This document shows positions 13,230-26,716 of a DNA stretch of 64,000 bases, one piece after another. Location of the stretch: NCBI RefSeq assembly GCF_038025025.1, contig NW_027117349.1, positions 1-64,000 of the forward strand, read 5' to 3'. The notes beneath the pieces were generated by a model that worked only from the letters and a program-made list of their open reading frames with translations, had not been told where the DNA came from and did not search any database. A program made the translations under genes and the position numbers. This DNA is from Phyllosticta citribraziliensis (Eukaryota). Within the stretch, counting starts at the first letter, position 1. Each line of letters opens with the position of its first letter.

Positions 13230-14181
13230 TAATTTCCTATAGCCTACTTTACTTTAAAGGTATAAAGGGCTCCCTCTAAATTACTATCCTTAAATAACTA
13301 AGCTTTTAAGAGGACCTCTTAATACCTCTAATTAATCTTAGTAACTTTATTAACTACTATATAGACCCTTTCCTCCTTAAGAAGTATAAAATAATAAATA
13401 AAGTTATCTACTATATCTATTAAATAATAACTTATAAAAAGCTACTAGAACTCTAATAAATTAAGTCTCCTAGAATAAGAAGAGTAGGGCCCTATATTAA
13501 GCTATAAACTCCTAGAAGGATTAGCTAAAAACCCCCTAAAACTAAGATAAGTAGAGTTAATATATTCCCTATTAAAAACCCTAAGAATTAAGTAATAACT
13601 AATAAATAGAATAAAAAGACTATCCTTATTATAGCCCTAGATATAAAGAGTATAAGGAAACTCTATTAGAATAGCTAAAATCTATAGAGTATTAAAGATA
13701 CTAATATACTCCTCCTTAAGGCTAGTAGTTATAGAATAGTTAATAAGAGCCTAATCCTAGAACCTAGGTAAATTAGAATAGATCTAATTAACCTATTACT
13801 ACTAATTACTTAGTAAAGATAAAAACTATAAGTTTTAAGAACTTATACTATAAAGTAAGGAGATAATATAATCTTAAAGTACTAGGCCTAGGCCCTACTT
13901 CTTAAAAGGTATAAAGATACTAGCCCTATTATAGAAGTCTTAATAGATATCCTTTATAAGATTAAAGGTAAAAGGCCTATCTTTACTACTAGACTATAAG
14001 AGTAAATAAAAGGGAGTACCTATAGACTTCTTAATAAAGGATAAAGGTAAGAAGTTAAACTACTTATAGTTTAGCTAGGTATTAGGACCTAGAGTAGAGA
14101 TAATTACTTTAAGAATTAGTAAAAGACTAAAAAAGGTATTTAGTATATAGATAACTTACTTAATTCTAAAGAGGTAGCCAT
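13230..14181 (-). pseudogene. Putative RIP-degraded antisense accessory ORF downstream of the element-1 integrase (unknown function)
   Basis: An ATG GCT ACC TCT start survives at 14181. The distal part de-RIPs to a helical, charged stretch (KEERV..AVDKV.KIDQR.QEVLLKA). No recognisable domain; frame continuity not fully verified. Confidence 0.3.
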
Positions 14182-14401
14182 GAGGGCAAATTATAAGAGA
14201 AGGATAGAATAGAGTTAAGGAGATAAATAATAAATAATAATAACCTACTACTACCTTCCTAAACCTTATTTCCTATCTATCTATTACCTACTTCATTATA
14301 TTTAGTTTCTATAAATAATTTATACCTTCTATAAATACACATTTTTTACCCTCTTTAAAGAATACTCTATATATATTTAGAGAAAGATTTTTATTATAAC
14401 T

Positions 14402-16900
14402 ATAGCTCCTAATAATACTAAGCCTAAAGGCTAAAATAAGGATAAGGTTATTTAGGATCTAGTTAAGTATAACTTAACTAAAATAAAGAATATTAGTAAC
14501 TACTATAATTATTTCCTCTTAGTTATTATAACTAGCTTTAAGATAGATTAGGAATAAGTTCTTAAAAGCTTTACTATTAAGGTTAAGAAGGGCCTTAATA
14601 TTATATACTATCTATCTAATTATATTTTTAATAGTATTAAGATAAGGGAAGACTATAAGAAGATCTTTAAAAGCTATTCTAAGGAGTTTATTAAAGATTT
14701 CTACTAGTAATAGTTAGCTATCTATACTACTATAAGGCCTAAGGAAAAGAGGATTAAAGATAACTTTAATAATATTAATAATATTTAAAAAGGGGAGTTT
14801 TAAGAAGAGTAATTTAATATACTAGAAGAAGGCTATACTAGGACTATTATCTATATAGCCTATAAGTTTATATCTCTTATTAAGCTTATAGTACTTCTTA
14901 ACTAGCTAGCTCTTAAATATTTAGTCCTTATCTACTCTACTTACTAAGACTATAATAATAAGTTAAAGACTCTCTTCCCTACCCCTAATAATATAGCCCT
15001 TACTAAAAAGGCTATTAATAACTAGATTAAAACTAGATAGTTTACTACTATCTATTAGGCTCCTAATAGGGGATAACTTAATATCTATAATATAAAAAGA
15101 GTTAAAGTAGATATTAACCCTATTATAAAATAGTTAGATTATTATTACTATAATAAATTTAATAATCTAGTATTAAGGACTAAGTAAATTTAGGAGCTTT
15201 CTAATAATAAGGAGCTACCTAATAATAATATCTTAGGTACTTTATAAGCCTACTAAAATTATTATAGCCTTCCCCCTATTACTAATTAGCTAGTTATAAA
15301 AAAGTTAAAGACCTTAATTAATATACTTATCTATCTTAGCTTAGCTAATCTAGTCTATATATCTAAGGTATAGTACTAGAAGAGGAAGTAATAAAACTAT
15401 TATTAATTCTATATAGATAAGATTAAGGAGTCTTATAAATATATTATAGAGAATAGTTAACTAGACTACTTCTCTCTTCTTAATAAGGGTAAGGCTAAGA
15501 TAGTAACTTATATAGTAATTATTAAAGAATATATTAACTAAGATAAGATATTAACTTATAAGAAGTATCTTCTCTAGCTTTAATATTTCCTCTACCTTTA
15601 GATCTAGGACTTTAAAAAAGATACTAAAGATATTTAGGAAGATATTAAGGAGTTTATTAATAAAGATACTTTTATTATAATAATTTATTAGAATCCTAAC
15701 TAGTTCCTTTTAATTATTTATAGTAATTCTTACCCTACCCTACTTACTCTCTATACTAAAATAGGATTCTAGAAGCCTTTTATATTAACTAATATTATCT
15801 ACTTCTAGGATATAATTAAGGAGAAGTATAATAAAGTATAATTTAAAATAAGGATTATTATAAATATAGCTAATAGTATCTTTAATTAGTAAATAGCTAT
15901 AGGTTAGTTATAATAACCTAATAATAAAGATAATTTAAGAGGGAGTTAACTTTACTAGATAAGATATATCCTTTATAAAAAGCTATAATAGCCTTCTTTT
16001 TAGAACCTTCTTTACTATTATATAGTAAGTAGCTACTATATCTCTTTAAATATAAAAGTAGGTAGTTATTATATATAGTAATAGTAAGTATATATTACTT
16101 ATTTACCCTTAACCTCTTTAAACTTTTACTACTTAGTAACTATACTATATTACTAGTTTTAAAGGTATAACTACTTAAAAAAAAGCTATAGAAAGTATTA
16201 TCTAAGTTATCTTATCTTTATACTAAGAGATATATAAAGTCTAGGTTACCTATTATAATATATTTAATAACTAGATAAAGTATTATAAAGAGCTAGAGAA
16301 GTCTAATAGTTATAGTATAACCTTTCTAAGTAATATAGAGGCTAATATCTATAGAGAAGAGCCTTTAAAAGGTAGCTTTATCTCTTATACTAGCCTTAAT
16401 AGCTTCTAATACCTAGTAATCTATAATAAGGACTAGAAGGAGAACCTAAAGGTATATATAATCTATATAACCTATATTATAGAGTAGGATAGTACCTTTA
16501 ACTTCTCTAAGTATAGTATCTTCCCCTATAATACTTAAGACTTAAAAAGATATCTTTAGATTTAAATCCTATTTATATAAAATTTAGCTAAATAGAAGTA
16601 ACCTATTCTTTAAAAAATAGACCCTTTAACTATTACCTTAAAAGATATAAGCCCTATCTATAATACTTTAATTAGAAGAGTATCTTAGGACTTAGTTAAA
16701 GTTTAATCTATAGTTAAGATAGTATTTATAGAAGATTAGATTAAGTAGAATACCTATATTACTATTATTAAATTATACCTAATAGCTAATACCCTTAATA
16801 CCTATATATAATATAAGAGGCTTAAGAAGGAGTATAATATAGAGTTCTAGACTTAATCTACTACTCTCTAGCCTAAGGGTAATAAAGTTATAGATATAGA
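14402..16900 (+). pseudogene. Putative RIP-degraded large accessory ORF (~800 codons, unknown function)
   Basis: Begins ATA GCT CCT (likely ATG GCT CCT). Long codon-like, K/E-rich stretches whose stops are RIP-type. No domain recognised; end approximate. Confidence 0.35.
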
Positions 16901-17414
16901 GTATTAGTACTTTATTTTAGTACTTACTAGTCTTAATAATTAAAAACTTAGAACTAATTTAGAGTTTTTCTTTTTATTAATAATAGTAAACCTTAGTAGT
17001 AGGTATTATCCTAGGGGAATTTATAAGTCTCTACTTTCTCTTTACTTATTTTTATTTCTTAATACCCCTACTTATAGTATAGACTCTTAGCTTATCTTAT
17101 TTTTCTTCCCCTCTATATAAGATTAGGAAATAGGCTAAGAATAGTTAATAGGTACTTTATATATAGTTTTTAAGCTTTTAGTACTAATAATTTAATTTTA
17201 TAAACTTCTTTTCTATAATAACCTATACTTCTATATTTTATTCTTCTTAATTTAACCTATATAAGAGATAGCTAAGGGATAGCTAGATAGACCTATAGTA
17301 AGATATAAGATAGTAGAGTAGACTTAGCTTAGAGACTACCTTAGGCTTACTAATATTATATAATATATAGGGATTAAGGAAGAAGTATATAGTTAGGCCT
17401 TATAGATTTAGTCT

Positions 17415-17864
17415 AGAGAGGGGAGTAAAAAATAAATATATTCTTTCTATATAAAAAGTTCCTACCTAAGGTATAGATTTTCTCTCCTTTATTTAAGACC
17501 TTTTTCTACTTATTTAAACTTAGAAACCCTATCTAAAAACTCTATACTATTTTAGAGAAAATAAATCTTAGTCCCTACTAAAAAGTATATATAATAGAAA
17601 GATTAAAAGAGCTAGTTATAGAAGGTTATTATTAAATAAAGAATGGAGCTATAAAATTAGAGTTATTAAATAGAGTACTTTAGAGAAACTAGGTATTTTT
17701 ATAAAGTTATATAATTAGTTATATAATTGATCTTCCCCTACTAAACTAGACTACTTTTCTAGGAGATAGTTTTTATTAAGGAGTCTTTACTAGTAGAGTT
17801 ATTTTTCCTAAGGTCCCTCCCTAGGCCGATAATAGTAGTACCTATCTAGGGGTAAACCCTTACA
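17415..17864 (+). mobile_element. Polypurine tract plus candidate 3' LTR, possibly of element 1
   Basis: AGAGAGGGGAG (17415-17425) is followed by TA (RIP of TG), and the segment ends in CCCTTACA at 17864. No matching 5' LTR was found in the window. Confidence 0.4.
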
Positions 17865-18939
17865 TTACCCCTAGTACCTAACTTACTAGGTATACTATTA
17901 GGCTCTTATAAATCTTACTATATTTCCTAATAAGCTATTATAAGACCTAAAAGTATAACTTATAAGTAAAGGGTAATTTAGGTTTAAGGAAGAGAAAAAG
18001 GAGGATGTCCCTTCTTATAAATTAAAGTAAAGGTTTATTCTAAGAGAACTAATAGTTAAAAGTTAGTTATTAATATTAGGATATAAAGAGCTATATAAGG
18101 ACTAAAGAATAGTCCTAGTTAGGGAAAAATAGTATGGTTAGTTCCTTCTAAAATAGAAAGTAAATAGGAGAAGGAAAAGTTAATACCTCTAGTAAATCTA
18201 GGGTACTTAACCTGGTTAAGGGTTATATTATCTCCTTTATATTTTAGACTTTAAGGCTACTTCTTAGAATAAGGATATAGTAGTATTATAGTCTATAATC
18301 TAGATCTAAATAAATTAGTCTAGAAGAACTTTAATAGTAAGAGTTATAGTTAAGAGTTATAGGTAACTTATAACTAATAAATAAGTCTTACTAATAGCTA
18401 GCTAGTAGATTAGCTTAGTACTAACTAGAAAGGTATATAAAGAGGCCTCCTAGCCCTCTAGAATAGCTTTCTCTTTAGTAGTAATTTTATTTATTAATTC
18501 TTTATTAAGGATTATCATTCTACCTCTATATATTTCTTATAACTAAGTATATAATAATTTAGTCTATATTATTATCTATTAGGTAGCCTTTAGAAAATAG
18601 TCTAAGGTTATTTAGTCATAGTAGTATAAATTAAAAGGGTCTACTCTCCTTCCTTATACCTCTTATTTAATAGAGAAGTACCTCTCTATTATATAAGCTA
18701 ATAGACTAGATATTAGGTTATATAGCTCTACCTACTATACTCTACCTTAGTATTTTATTATCTAGGCATATATAAGTCCTATATAATAAAGGATTAGGCT
18801 AGGTATATATAACTATCTTTAGGGGTTATTATTTATTACTACTTATTAAGTACTATATCTAGATACCTAGAACTATTAGTTAAGTACTAAACGGTCTTAG
18901 TAATTACCTAATTAGGATTACCTAAAGTATACCATTACA
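17865..18939. repeat. Probable solo-LTR / non-coding TE fragments
   Basis: Non-coding RIP-type sequence with a TATATAAAG box (~18434), short hairpins and a TTACA end at 18939. Internal boundaries unresolved. Confidence 0.3.
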
Positions 18940-20703
18940 TCTAGATAAAGGATCCTAAAGTTATTACTAGCTAACTAGATACCTAAAGTAAATACCTAGT
19001 AGACCTAGAGGATATTATTAAAGTAATTAAATAGTATAACTATAAGATAATACTAGAGATAGACTCTCTCTATAAGTAAGTAAGAGAGTATAAAATATAT
19101 ATACTCTATAATAGCTTATTATATATAGCTAATAGGTTATATATTCTAAAAGAGGATAATCTATATATCTACCTACTTAGCTATATTATTAAGTAGCTAG
19201 TAATAGAATATCTAGGTATAGCTAGAATATACCCTATAGTATTAAACTAGTATTATTTCTTAAAGATAAGGGAACTAATTACCTAACTTATAAAGAACTA
19301 TATACTCTATAGCTATAGCTAGAAGTATAATAGGATAAATAGCTTACTATAGCTATTACTAGTAAAAGAGTACCTATAGGAGGACCTTACTATAGATTTT
19401 ATAACTAGCCTTAAAAAGACTAAATAGGGCTATAATACTATCCTTATAGTATATAACTAATTTAGTAAATCTAAGTACTATATTAAGTATAGTATAGAAG
19501 ATAGAGGGATAGGAGTAGCTAAAATAGCTAAAATAATAATTAAGTAAGTCTTTAGCCTCTATAGCCTACTAAGGACTATTATCTTAGACTATAGCCTATA
19601 GTTTATTACTAACTTATAGAAAGAGGTATTATAGTAATTAAAGATAATAGCTAAGCTAATAAGCCCCTATTACCTATAGTTAGATAGATAAACTAAATAA
19701 GCTAACTAAGAGCTTAAAAAGTACTTATATAGCTTTATTAACTAGTAGTAAGATAACTAGGATATATAGCTCCTAATTACTAAACTTATAACTAATATAC
19801 TAATTAATACTTCTATAGGTATATCCCCCTTCTTTATATATTATAGCTTTAAACTATATATAAGCTTTAATTATAGTAAAGTAAGACTAAAGTTAAAATT
19901 AAGAGCTAAGATATTAGCTATAGAATAGGTAAAACTAATAAAGGATATCTAGTTAAAGACCTAATTAGTACTTATACTTATAAAGAAGAGATAAGTATAC
20001 TAAGCTAATAAATACTAATATACTTATAATATTTAAGAGAATAACCTTATCTTTATTAAAGTAAAGTATATAGATACTAGATACCCCTAGAAGCTTAGAT
20101 AGCCTAATCTAGGGCTATATTAAATAGACTCTATAAGGGGTAACTAGGTAATATTAGACTTACTATAAGGTTCTTATATTATAAACTAATTTAATATAGA
20201 ATAGTTATATTAATATAATAATAGGCTACTATTTAGTTAATAAGAGCTACCCCTGCTACTAGAGCTAAATAATAAGAGTAAGGAGGAGTAGTATATATAG
20301 GAGGTCCTAGATACCTAGATAAATAAATAAAAGGAAGGTATACTATAGTTTTAGGTTTATTAGATAGGATACTAATAATAGCTTATTTAATAGAGTAGTA
20401 GAGACTATTATAGATTAATATTAGATAAATAATAAAAAGGGACTATACCTACCTAATAGCTAGTCCTTAGATTAAGGACCTAGAGGGGAGGGGGGTAGTA
20501 AGATTAATTAATATAGATAGAGTAGATAGATAGTAGAGTAGGTATAAGGTCTATAAGGATATTAAGATATAGGGTTAGCTAAACCTTAGTTATATAGTAG
20601 TATATATACCTAAGTAAGCTATAGGCTAAGTTAGCTATAGCTCTATATCCTCCCTACTACTCTACCTTATAATTATTAACTATTAGCTATTTAACTTACC
20701 TTA
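18940..20703 (+). mobile_element. RIP-degraded chromoviral Gypsy 3' half (element 2): integrase, chromodomain, PPT, 3' LTR
   Basis: De-RIP motifs GLLQPLP..PWEDL.MDFITGL, IISDRG.QF, SPYHPQ.DGQTERANQ.LE.YLR.F, GPY, and chromodomain EW.V.EVLD...F.V.W.GY. PPT AGAGGGGAGGGGGG 20482-20495; LTR ~20499-20703 with TAAG...CTTA (RIP of TGAG...CTCA) termini. Confidence 0.85.
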
Positions 20704-23498
20704 TTAGGTACTAATCTACTACTTTATAATATTCCTTAGCTTTACTAACTTCTACTACTACTTTATTAAGGACTTCTCCTTACTTACTTAACTACTTATA
20801 GAACTTACTAAAGGGGAACTAAAGACTACTCTCTTAGAAAAAAAATACTATATCTATACTACTCTAAATTAGACCTCTAAATATAAATATACCTTCTAGG
20901 CTTTTAAAACTATATTTACTTCTACTCTAATACTTACCTACTTTAACCCTAAGTAGGAAACCTAAATTAAGATAGATATCTCTAACTTTATTACTACTAG
21001 TATCTTCTTCTAAGTTATTAATAGATAATTTTACCTAGTAGCCTTCTTCTCTAAGAAGATATATCCCTAATAGAGTATAACTATAAAATCTATAATAAGG
21101 AGTTACTTACTACTATTAAGGTACTTAAGTCCTAGTACCTAGAAGCTATTAGTATAGAACTAGATAACCTAGTAAAGATTTTCTCTAATTATAAGAATCT
21201 AGAATAGTTTATAACTACTAAAAATCTTAACTATTAATAGGCCTACTAGGCTAAGTTCCTCTTTAAATTTAACTTTAAGATTATATACTACCCTAGTAAG
21301 TAGGATAAGAAACCTAATTCCCTTACTAGATACTCCTAGGACCTTCTCTAAGATAACTTTAATATCTATTAACTATACTAGTACTAGACTATTCTAAAAT
21401 AATACTACCTAGACCTAGCTTTATAATCTATTATCTCCTATCTCTCTATTATATCTCCTATTATAGACTAACCTACTCCTACTACTTCTAACCTAACCCC
21501 TCTAGCTACTTAGTCTACTCTATTAGAAGAAAGTTATAAAGCCCCTAGTATTACCTATCTATAGGAACTTATTATTAAAGCCTATAAGACTAATAAGGAT
21601 ATATAATACCTTATAGTAGCTATATAGAACTAAAACCTAAAAATCCTAGTACTCCTTATTAAAAAGGGCTATTACCTTTATATAGGATACCTAAAGGTTA
21701 AGGATAATTATCTTTTTATAAAAAACTAGCTCTTTATCCCTAATAATACTAAACTATATCTTAAGATTATATAGACTTACTATCTTCTACTATACCTTAA
21801 TTACCCTAGCTATAAGTTAATAAGTAAGCTTATTAGCTACTTCTACTACTAGTCTAATTTAAAGAAATAACTACTTAACTTTTACCTATACTTATACCTA
21901 ATACTACTACTCCTCTACTAATAACTAAAAGAAATAAGATTTCCTCTAATTACTAGAACTACTAGTCTACTACTAGACTAGTATTAGCTTTAACTTTATT
22001 AAGTACCTATCTAGTTTCTATTTCTATAATTAGGACTACTTCTATATCCTTATTATAATTAACTACCTTATAAAGGCTATTATCTTAGAAGGACTTCTAG
22101 ATAATAGTATTAACTTCTTATATAAGGTAATTACCTACTACCTCTTCTATATATAAGATTTCTATAAGGAGTTTATTAATAATTATAGTAGTACTATACT
22201 TACCTAGGTTTAGTACTATATCTATTATTATTATAGTATTAAAATTAAGTACTCTTTAGCCTAATATCCTAAGACTAATAGCTAGACTAAAATAACTAAT
22301 AAGTCTATTAAGAATATTATCTATATCTTTATTAACTACTACTAGAATAACTAGATATTCTAGCTCCTCTATATTAAGTTTACCCTTAATAACTATATTA
22401 ACTCCTCTATTAATATATCTCTATTCTTTACTAGCTATAGCTATAACCTATATATTAGAATTAAGCCCCTACTTCTAAATATTAATTAAGACTTTTAAAT
22501 TAACTATACTAACTATATCTTTACCTAGACTTATACTATTAACTAGTAGCTTAGTATACTTATTTATACTATATAAGAGGACTATACCTACTATACTAAT
22601 AATTACTAAGCCCTATACCTAAACTATAAGGTTAGAGACCTTATTTATATTAATATATAGGACTTCTCTATTATAAGGCCTAGTAAAAGTTTAGACTAGA
22701 AATAGTATAGCCCCTAGCTAATTAAGTATATTATTAACTATAAGGCTTATAAACTTACTATCCTAGAAGATAAGCTTATTAAAGGCCTTATACTAATCTT
22801 TTACCTATTAAAACTTTACCTTATTCTAGCCTCTTTTCCTAGTTAAGCCCTTAAGTCTACTAGCCCTAATATCTTTACCTATAATATTTCTAAGGATAAA
22901 TCCTATAGTAAATAGGAAGTAGCTAAGATTATTAACTTCTATAAGATAAAGTACTTTAGTATCTAGTATAAGGCTATCTTTATTAGTAACTAGGATAACT
23001 AGAATACTAACCTCTAATAGCTTCCTTAGACTAACTTTATCTATTTAAAGAATCTTATTCTAGAATACTACTATCTTAACCTAGGTAAACTACCTCCTCT
23101 AGATAATTTAATTAATTAAATAGATCTAAAGAAAGACCTACTAGGTATTACTATTTCTCTAGCTTAAGAGACTTTATCTAGTAGAGAGGGGGGGTAGTAT
23201 TAGGCCTATATCTATATAAGAACTAGTTTACTAGAACCTAACCTAGTATAGGTAAGTATATAACTATATACTTACTTAGTAGACTAAGTAATTAGCCTAC
23301 TATAACTATATTTCTATCTTCTTTTTAGTACTACTTCTCCTTTTCTCTTTACCTTAGACTTTTAGTTAGCTAAATATAGTACTTACCTCTTTAAGCCTTA
23401 TAGACTTAACCTTAGTAAAAATAAGGTTTTATCTCTAAATATATCTAATTATCTATTATCTTACTTAACTTATTACCCTATAGAATACTAATCTTATA
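20704..23498 (+). mobile_element. RIP-degraded chromoviral Gypsy 3' portion (element 3): RT end, RNase H, integrase, chromodomain, PPT, 3' LTR
   Basis: De-RIP motifs FLGFANFYRRFIKDFS, P.L.HF.P..ET.IETD.SDF, NYEIYDKELLA, SDHKNLE.F.TTK.LNRRQARWAEFL, HPETDGQTE.AN, and chromodomain EWEV..I.D...QYK. PPT AGAGAGGGGGGG 23183-23194; LTR from 23198 (TATTAGG, RIP of TGT..) to ~23498. Confidence 0.88.
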
Positions 23499-23766
23499 CT
23501 TCTACCCCTTCCTATATAATAGTATATATAGTATAGGAGCTAAAAGTTAGAGCCTTAGGTATATTAACTCTACTCTTTTAAATAGTACTAGTCTTTATAA
23601 GAAATTTAGGGGTTAATTTATTTAGTATATATATACTATTTTAATATAGTTATAACCTACTTAGATTTATAATATATTAGTAATAGGTACTACTAGGATA
23701 GCTATCCTTATCTCTTATAGTCTTAGACTTAAGAGGGATATTAAACTAAATAAATAAATAAATAAA
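23499..23766 (+). mobile_element. Possible 3' end of a non-LTR (LINE/Tad-like) element
   Basis: A stem-loop CTCTTA-t-AGTC-tta-GACT-TAAGAG (~23712-23735) is followed closely by a (TAAA)n tail (23747-23766). Only a weak hint of upstream coding sequence. Confidence 0.35.
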
Positions 23767-24163
23767 ATCTACTTCTAGACTAGCTAGATATAGCTAGTAT
23801 ATATATAAGTAGTATAGCTATATATGCGTAATAAAATCTAGCTATAGTAAAGAGAAGTTTTAAATATAAGATTAGTAGCCTATAGGGTATTAATTTAAAT
23901 AAGAAAGATAGATAATTAGGTGTATTTAGAGATGAAACCTTATCCTATCTTTAGTCAAGTCTTAGTATTATTTTATGCGCAGACTCTCACTTAGGCGCAC
24001 GCGCCCCGGGTCTCTCCGGGCCCGGTTCGCCGTCTCTCAGGACTCGCTGCTTAGCGAGTCCATTGACTTAGCTAAATACAATCTGTCGACATGACAGCCC
24101 TTCCCACCCCTATATCTAGACTCGTGCGATTTCGAATCTCTCATCCTGCACACCGCTCATGGC

Positions 24164-24571
24164 TCAATTGTTGCCCGCGTACGCTTCGACCTCAATCTCG
24201 ATCATCATCTGGGGAAAAGCCAATGCCGGGACGCCAATCTCTGTGTGTATGGGACGATGACCAGGAATTCGTCGATTCAGCATTTCCATGAATTTGTCGT
24301 GGGAACGACGAATGTCAACATGGTAGCTGCGGATACTGTAAACATCCTCCCAGCCACGCAAGCCAACCGTCTGGAGGACTCTGTCGACGTTCTCGAAGGC
24401 AAGTTCAACTTGGCGATGAAGGTCGTTGGCATCAAGCGCGCCTGTGTTATCCCAGCCACCTTGTCCGGAACACTTCACAATGTCGCCGACGACAACAGCC
24501 TGAGAGTAGTGGCAGAGGTCACTGTGCTTCTGACCTGCACCCGGTTCGTTGTAATACTGCAAGGAAGACAT
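24164..24571 (-). CDS. RidA/YjgF/YER057c/UK114 (L-PSP) family protein, 135 aa, intronless
   Basis: YSQAV..G..V..SGQGG, Q...AF.NV..VL...G, P..T.IGV..LA.P.M.IEIEVEA motifs. Confidence 0.9.
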   Translation of the reverse strand: MSSLQYYNEPGAGQKHSDLCHYSQAVVVGDIVKCSGQGGWDNTGALDANDLHRQVELAFENVDRVLQTVGLRGWEDVYSIRSYHVDIRRSHDKFMEMLNRRIPGHRPIHTEIGVPALAFPQMMIEIEVEAYAGNN

Positions 24572-25033
24572 GACTTCAAGTGTCAGAGATTGGGTAAACA
24601 GAAAATGGATGACCTAGCGTGACAAACCTGATTCTGACTGTGGGAAACTAATGGGAAGAGGTACCACTCTGTCCTGGCTTGGGAGGAAGACTCGACACGG
24701 CTTGGGCCGAATTCCCCGCAGGAAACCCTATGAATATATACTGCAAGGTTACTTCGGTCCGGGAGTTGGAGATAGAATTTGGAGAATTTGGGGATGGAAA
24801 TCAACCAAGAGAAAAATCTCATACGTCATATCTTGCACTCGGAACATGTATCCACACAAATCAGATGCCTACCATAGGCATATAGTGGCACTTAAGATGG
24901 CAGTCGGCGCAATGTTCAGACCTAACGGTGCGTGCCGGCCAAGTGAGGTACATGGGAGCCAAGCCCTGATCGGCAGGTCTTTTTATCTGATCTGTCTCCA
25001 TCCAATACCCGAGAGCTCCATGGGTACAACGAC

Positions 25034-26716
25034 CTAGACACATGCCTGGTCTTTGTCGCCCGGGGGTTGCCCTCGGTTTACTTTGATCCTGAATGCTATG
25101 CTTAGGACAAGGCCTAAGCCACGGAGCCCAATAGCAAAATACCAAGCGGCCCTGTAACCTTTTAGAGTGGTCTCAAAGCTGTTCTCCTCTCCTTTGATGG
25201 CCTGTTGCTCAACATTCCCCGCGAACCCGAGGCCAATCGAAATACCATAATTGACAACGGAATTTACCAAGCTCGCCGCTATTCCCTGATGCTCCCTACT
25301 CACAGAGTTCGACATCATCAGTGTTGCAGCAGGAAAGCTCAAATCCAAGGAGAACGGTGCAACTAAAAGACATGGGAAGAGTTGGGCCCAGTAGATCTGA
25401 TCAGGTGGCGAAGTGACGACGAGAACCGCGGAAATCAATAAGAAAAGCTCTGCAGCAATCATCAATGTTGCTGGATGCAGATGTCCAGTGAGGTACCCAG
25501 ACGCAGCAGAGGCAATAAATCCCAAGGGAACGACGGGGGACTTCCAAGCTGTGGCGAGAAGAGGTGACAGGCCGTGGATGATTTCGAAATGTTGCCAGAT
25601 ATAGTAGACCCATACGCCAAAGGAGCTCCAAGCGCATGCCAAACAGGCCAGGACAAATCCCACATCGGCACTCATAGCATCCAGGGGTATGAGAGGGGCG
25701 AAAGATACCCTGATCTCGACGTAGAAGAAGACGGGTACGAGAAGCAGTCCCAGAATGAGCGCGACATAAACGTATGGTTCCTGCCAGCCGACCACAACTG
25801 CTTGATTCCACGCAAAATTGACAAGCACCAGAGCTGCGATGCCGACTGTTGCGCCCATGAGGTCCAGTTCCCGAATGGCATCTTTGCCTGAGGCGATCTT
25901 GATCGGCGGGGTTGAACGAGTAGGATCGGGTATCGTGTAGCTGCCTGCAATCGTAAGGAGCAAAAGGGCCATGGCGGTTGACCAATACGTCCATGGCCAC
26001 CAAACGAGGGCAAAGAGGCTCGAGGTTGCCGCACCACAGACAATTCCAGCGGGGGACAGAGCCGCAAAGAGGGTGAAAAAAAATTTCTTTGTTATTGTTA
26101 GCTTCGGCACATCGTCTCGTCTCGTTTACTGCTTACCTTCTTCAAGCCCGGCGGATAGGTTGCACCGAGCAAAGCCAGAGCATTTGGGAGACTGATTGAT
26201 GGTCCAATGCCACCTAGTACACGCGCAAAAATGAAAAGCACATGACCGGAAAAGACGCTGAAGCCAGCGATCAGGGCCCAGATGGCGTGCCAGGTGAATC
26301 CAATCAACAGCATGCGCTTGTATCCAAAAACGTCGCCCATCCGTCCGCTGGGAAGTATGAACGATCCAATAGTAAGACTGTAACCAGCGATCAGCCAGCT
26401 CAAAACCCCTGGGTTCGTGATGTTGAAGGAATCACCAATTATGTGTAAAATGCTGCAGGCGGATTGGTTCTTGTCAGCTACCAAGAGAGAGCATATTCGG
26501 CCGACAGGGGTGTCCCGCTCACCTCAATGTTTGTCCAAGACCAAACTGCGCCGTGAATTGCGCGGACAGGACGGAAGACACGAAAGCCGTCTCTTCCACC
26601 AGTGACATGTGCTTTGCAGGCGAATGACAGAGACTGGCGCTTTCAATCTGTTCACCGTGGTGCACATCCGAGGGCGCACCTTCTGCGTGATCCATCTGAC
26701 TTGAGCATGAAGACAT
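25034..26716 (-). CDS. MFS drug/H+ antiporter-type transporter (ATR1-like, DHA2 family)
   Basis: Exons 26716-26523, 26452-26137, 26086-25034 (GT-AG introns). Motifs W...YSLTIGSFIL.SGR.GD.FGYK, F.RVL.GIGP...PN, QGIAASLV..VVNYGISIGLGFAG; many hydrophobic segments. Confidence 0.88.

Larger units (their letters stand above)
1..23975. repeat. AT-rich, RIP-degraded transposable-element block (heterochromatin-like isochore)
   Basis: Near-total absence of CA/TG and CG dinucleotides, extreme TA excess, and no ORF of 60 aa or more in the ORF track. Retrotransposon motifs are recoverable after reversing C>T/G>A changes. Composition switches abruptly to GC-balanced sequence at ~23,975. Confidence 0.97.

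Noticed and set aside
1..23975. Organellar insertion, alternative genetic code, or CRISPR-like array as explanation for the AT-rich block
   Set aside because: Dinucleotide pattern and recoverable Gypsy motifs fit RIP; no regularly spaced repeats or organellar genes.
24040..24080. Helitron 3' end (hairpin + CTRR)
   Set aside because: The CTAA after the hairpin is followed by A, not T, and no Rep/helicase relic was recognised upstream.
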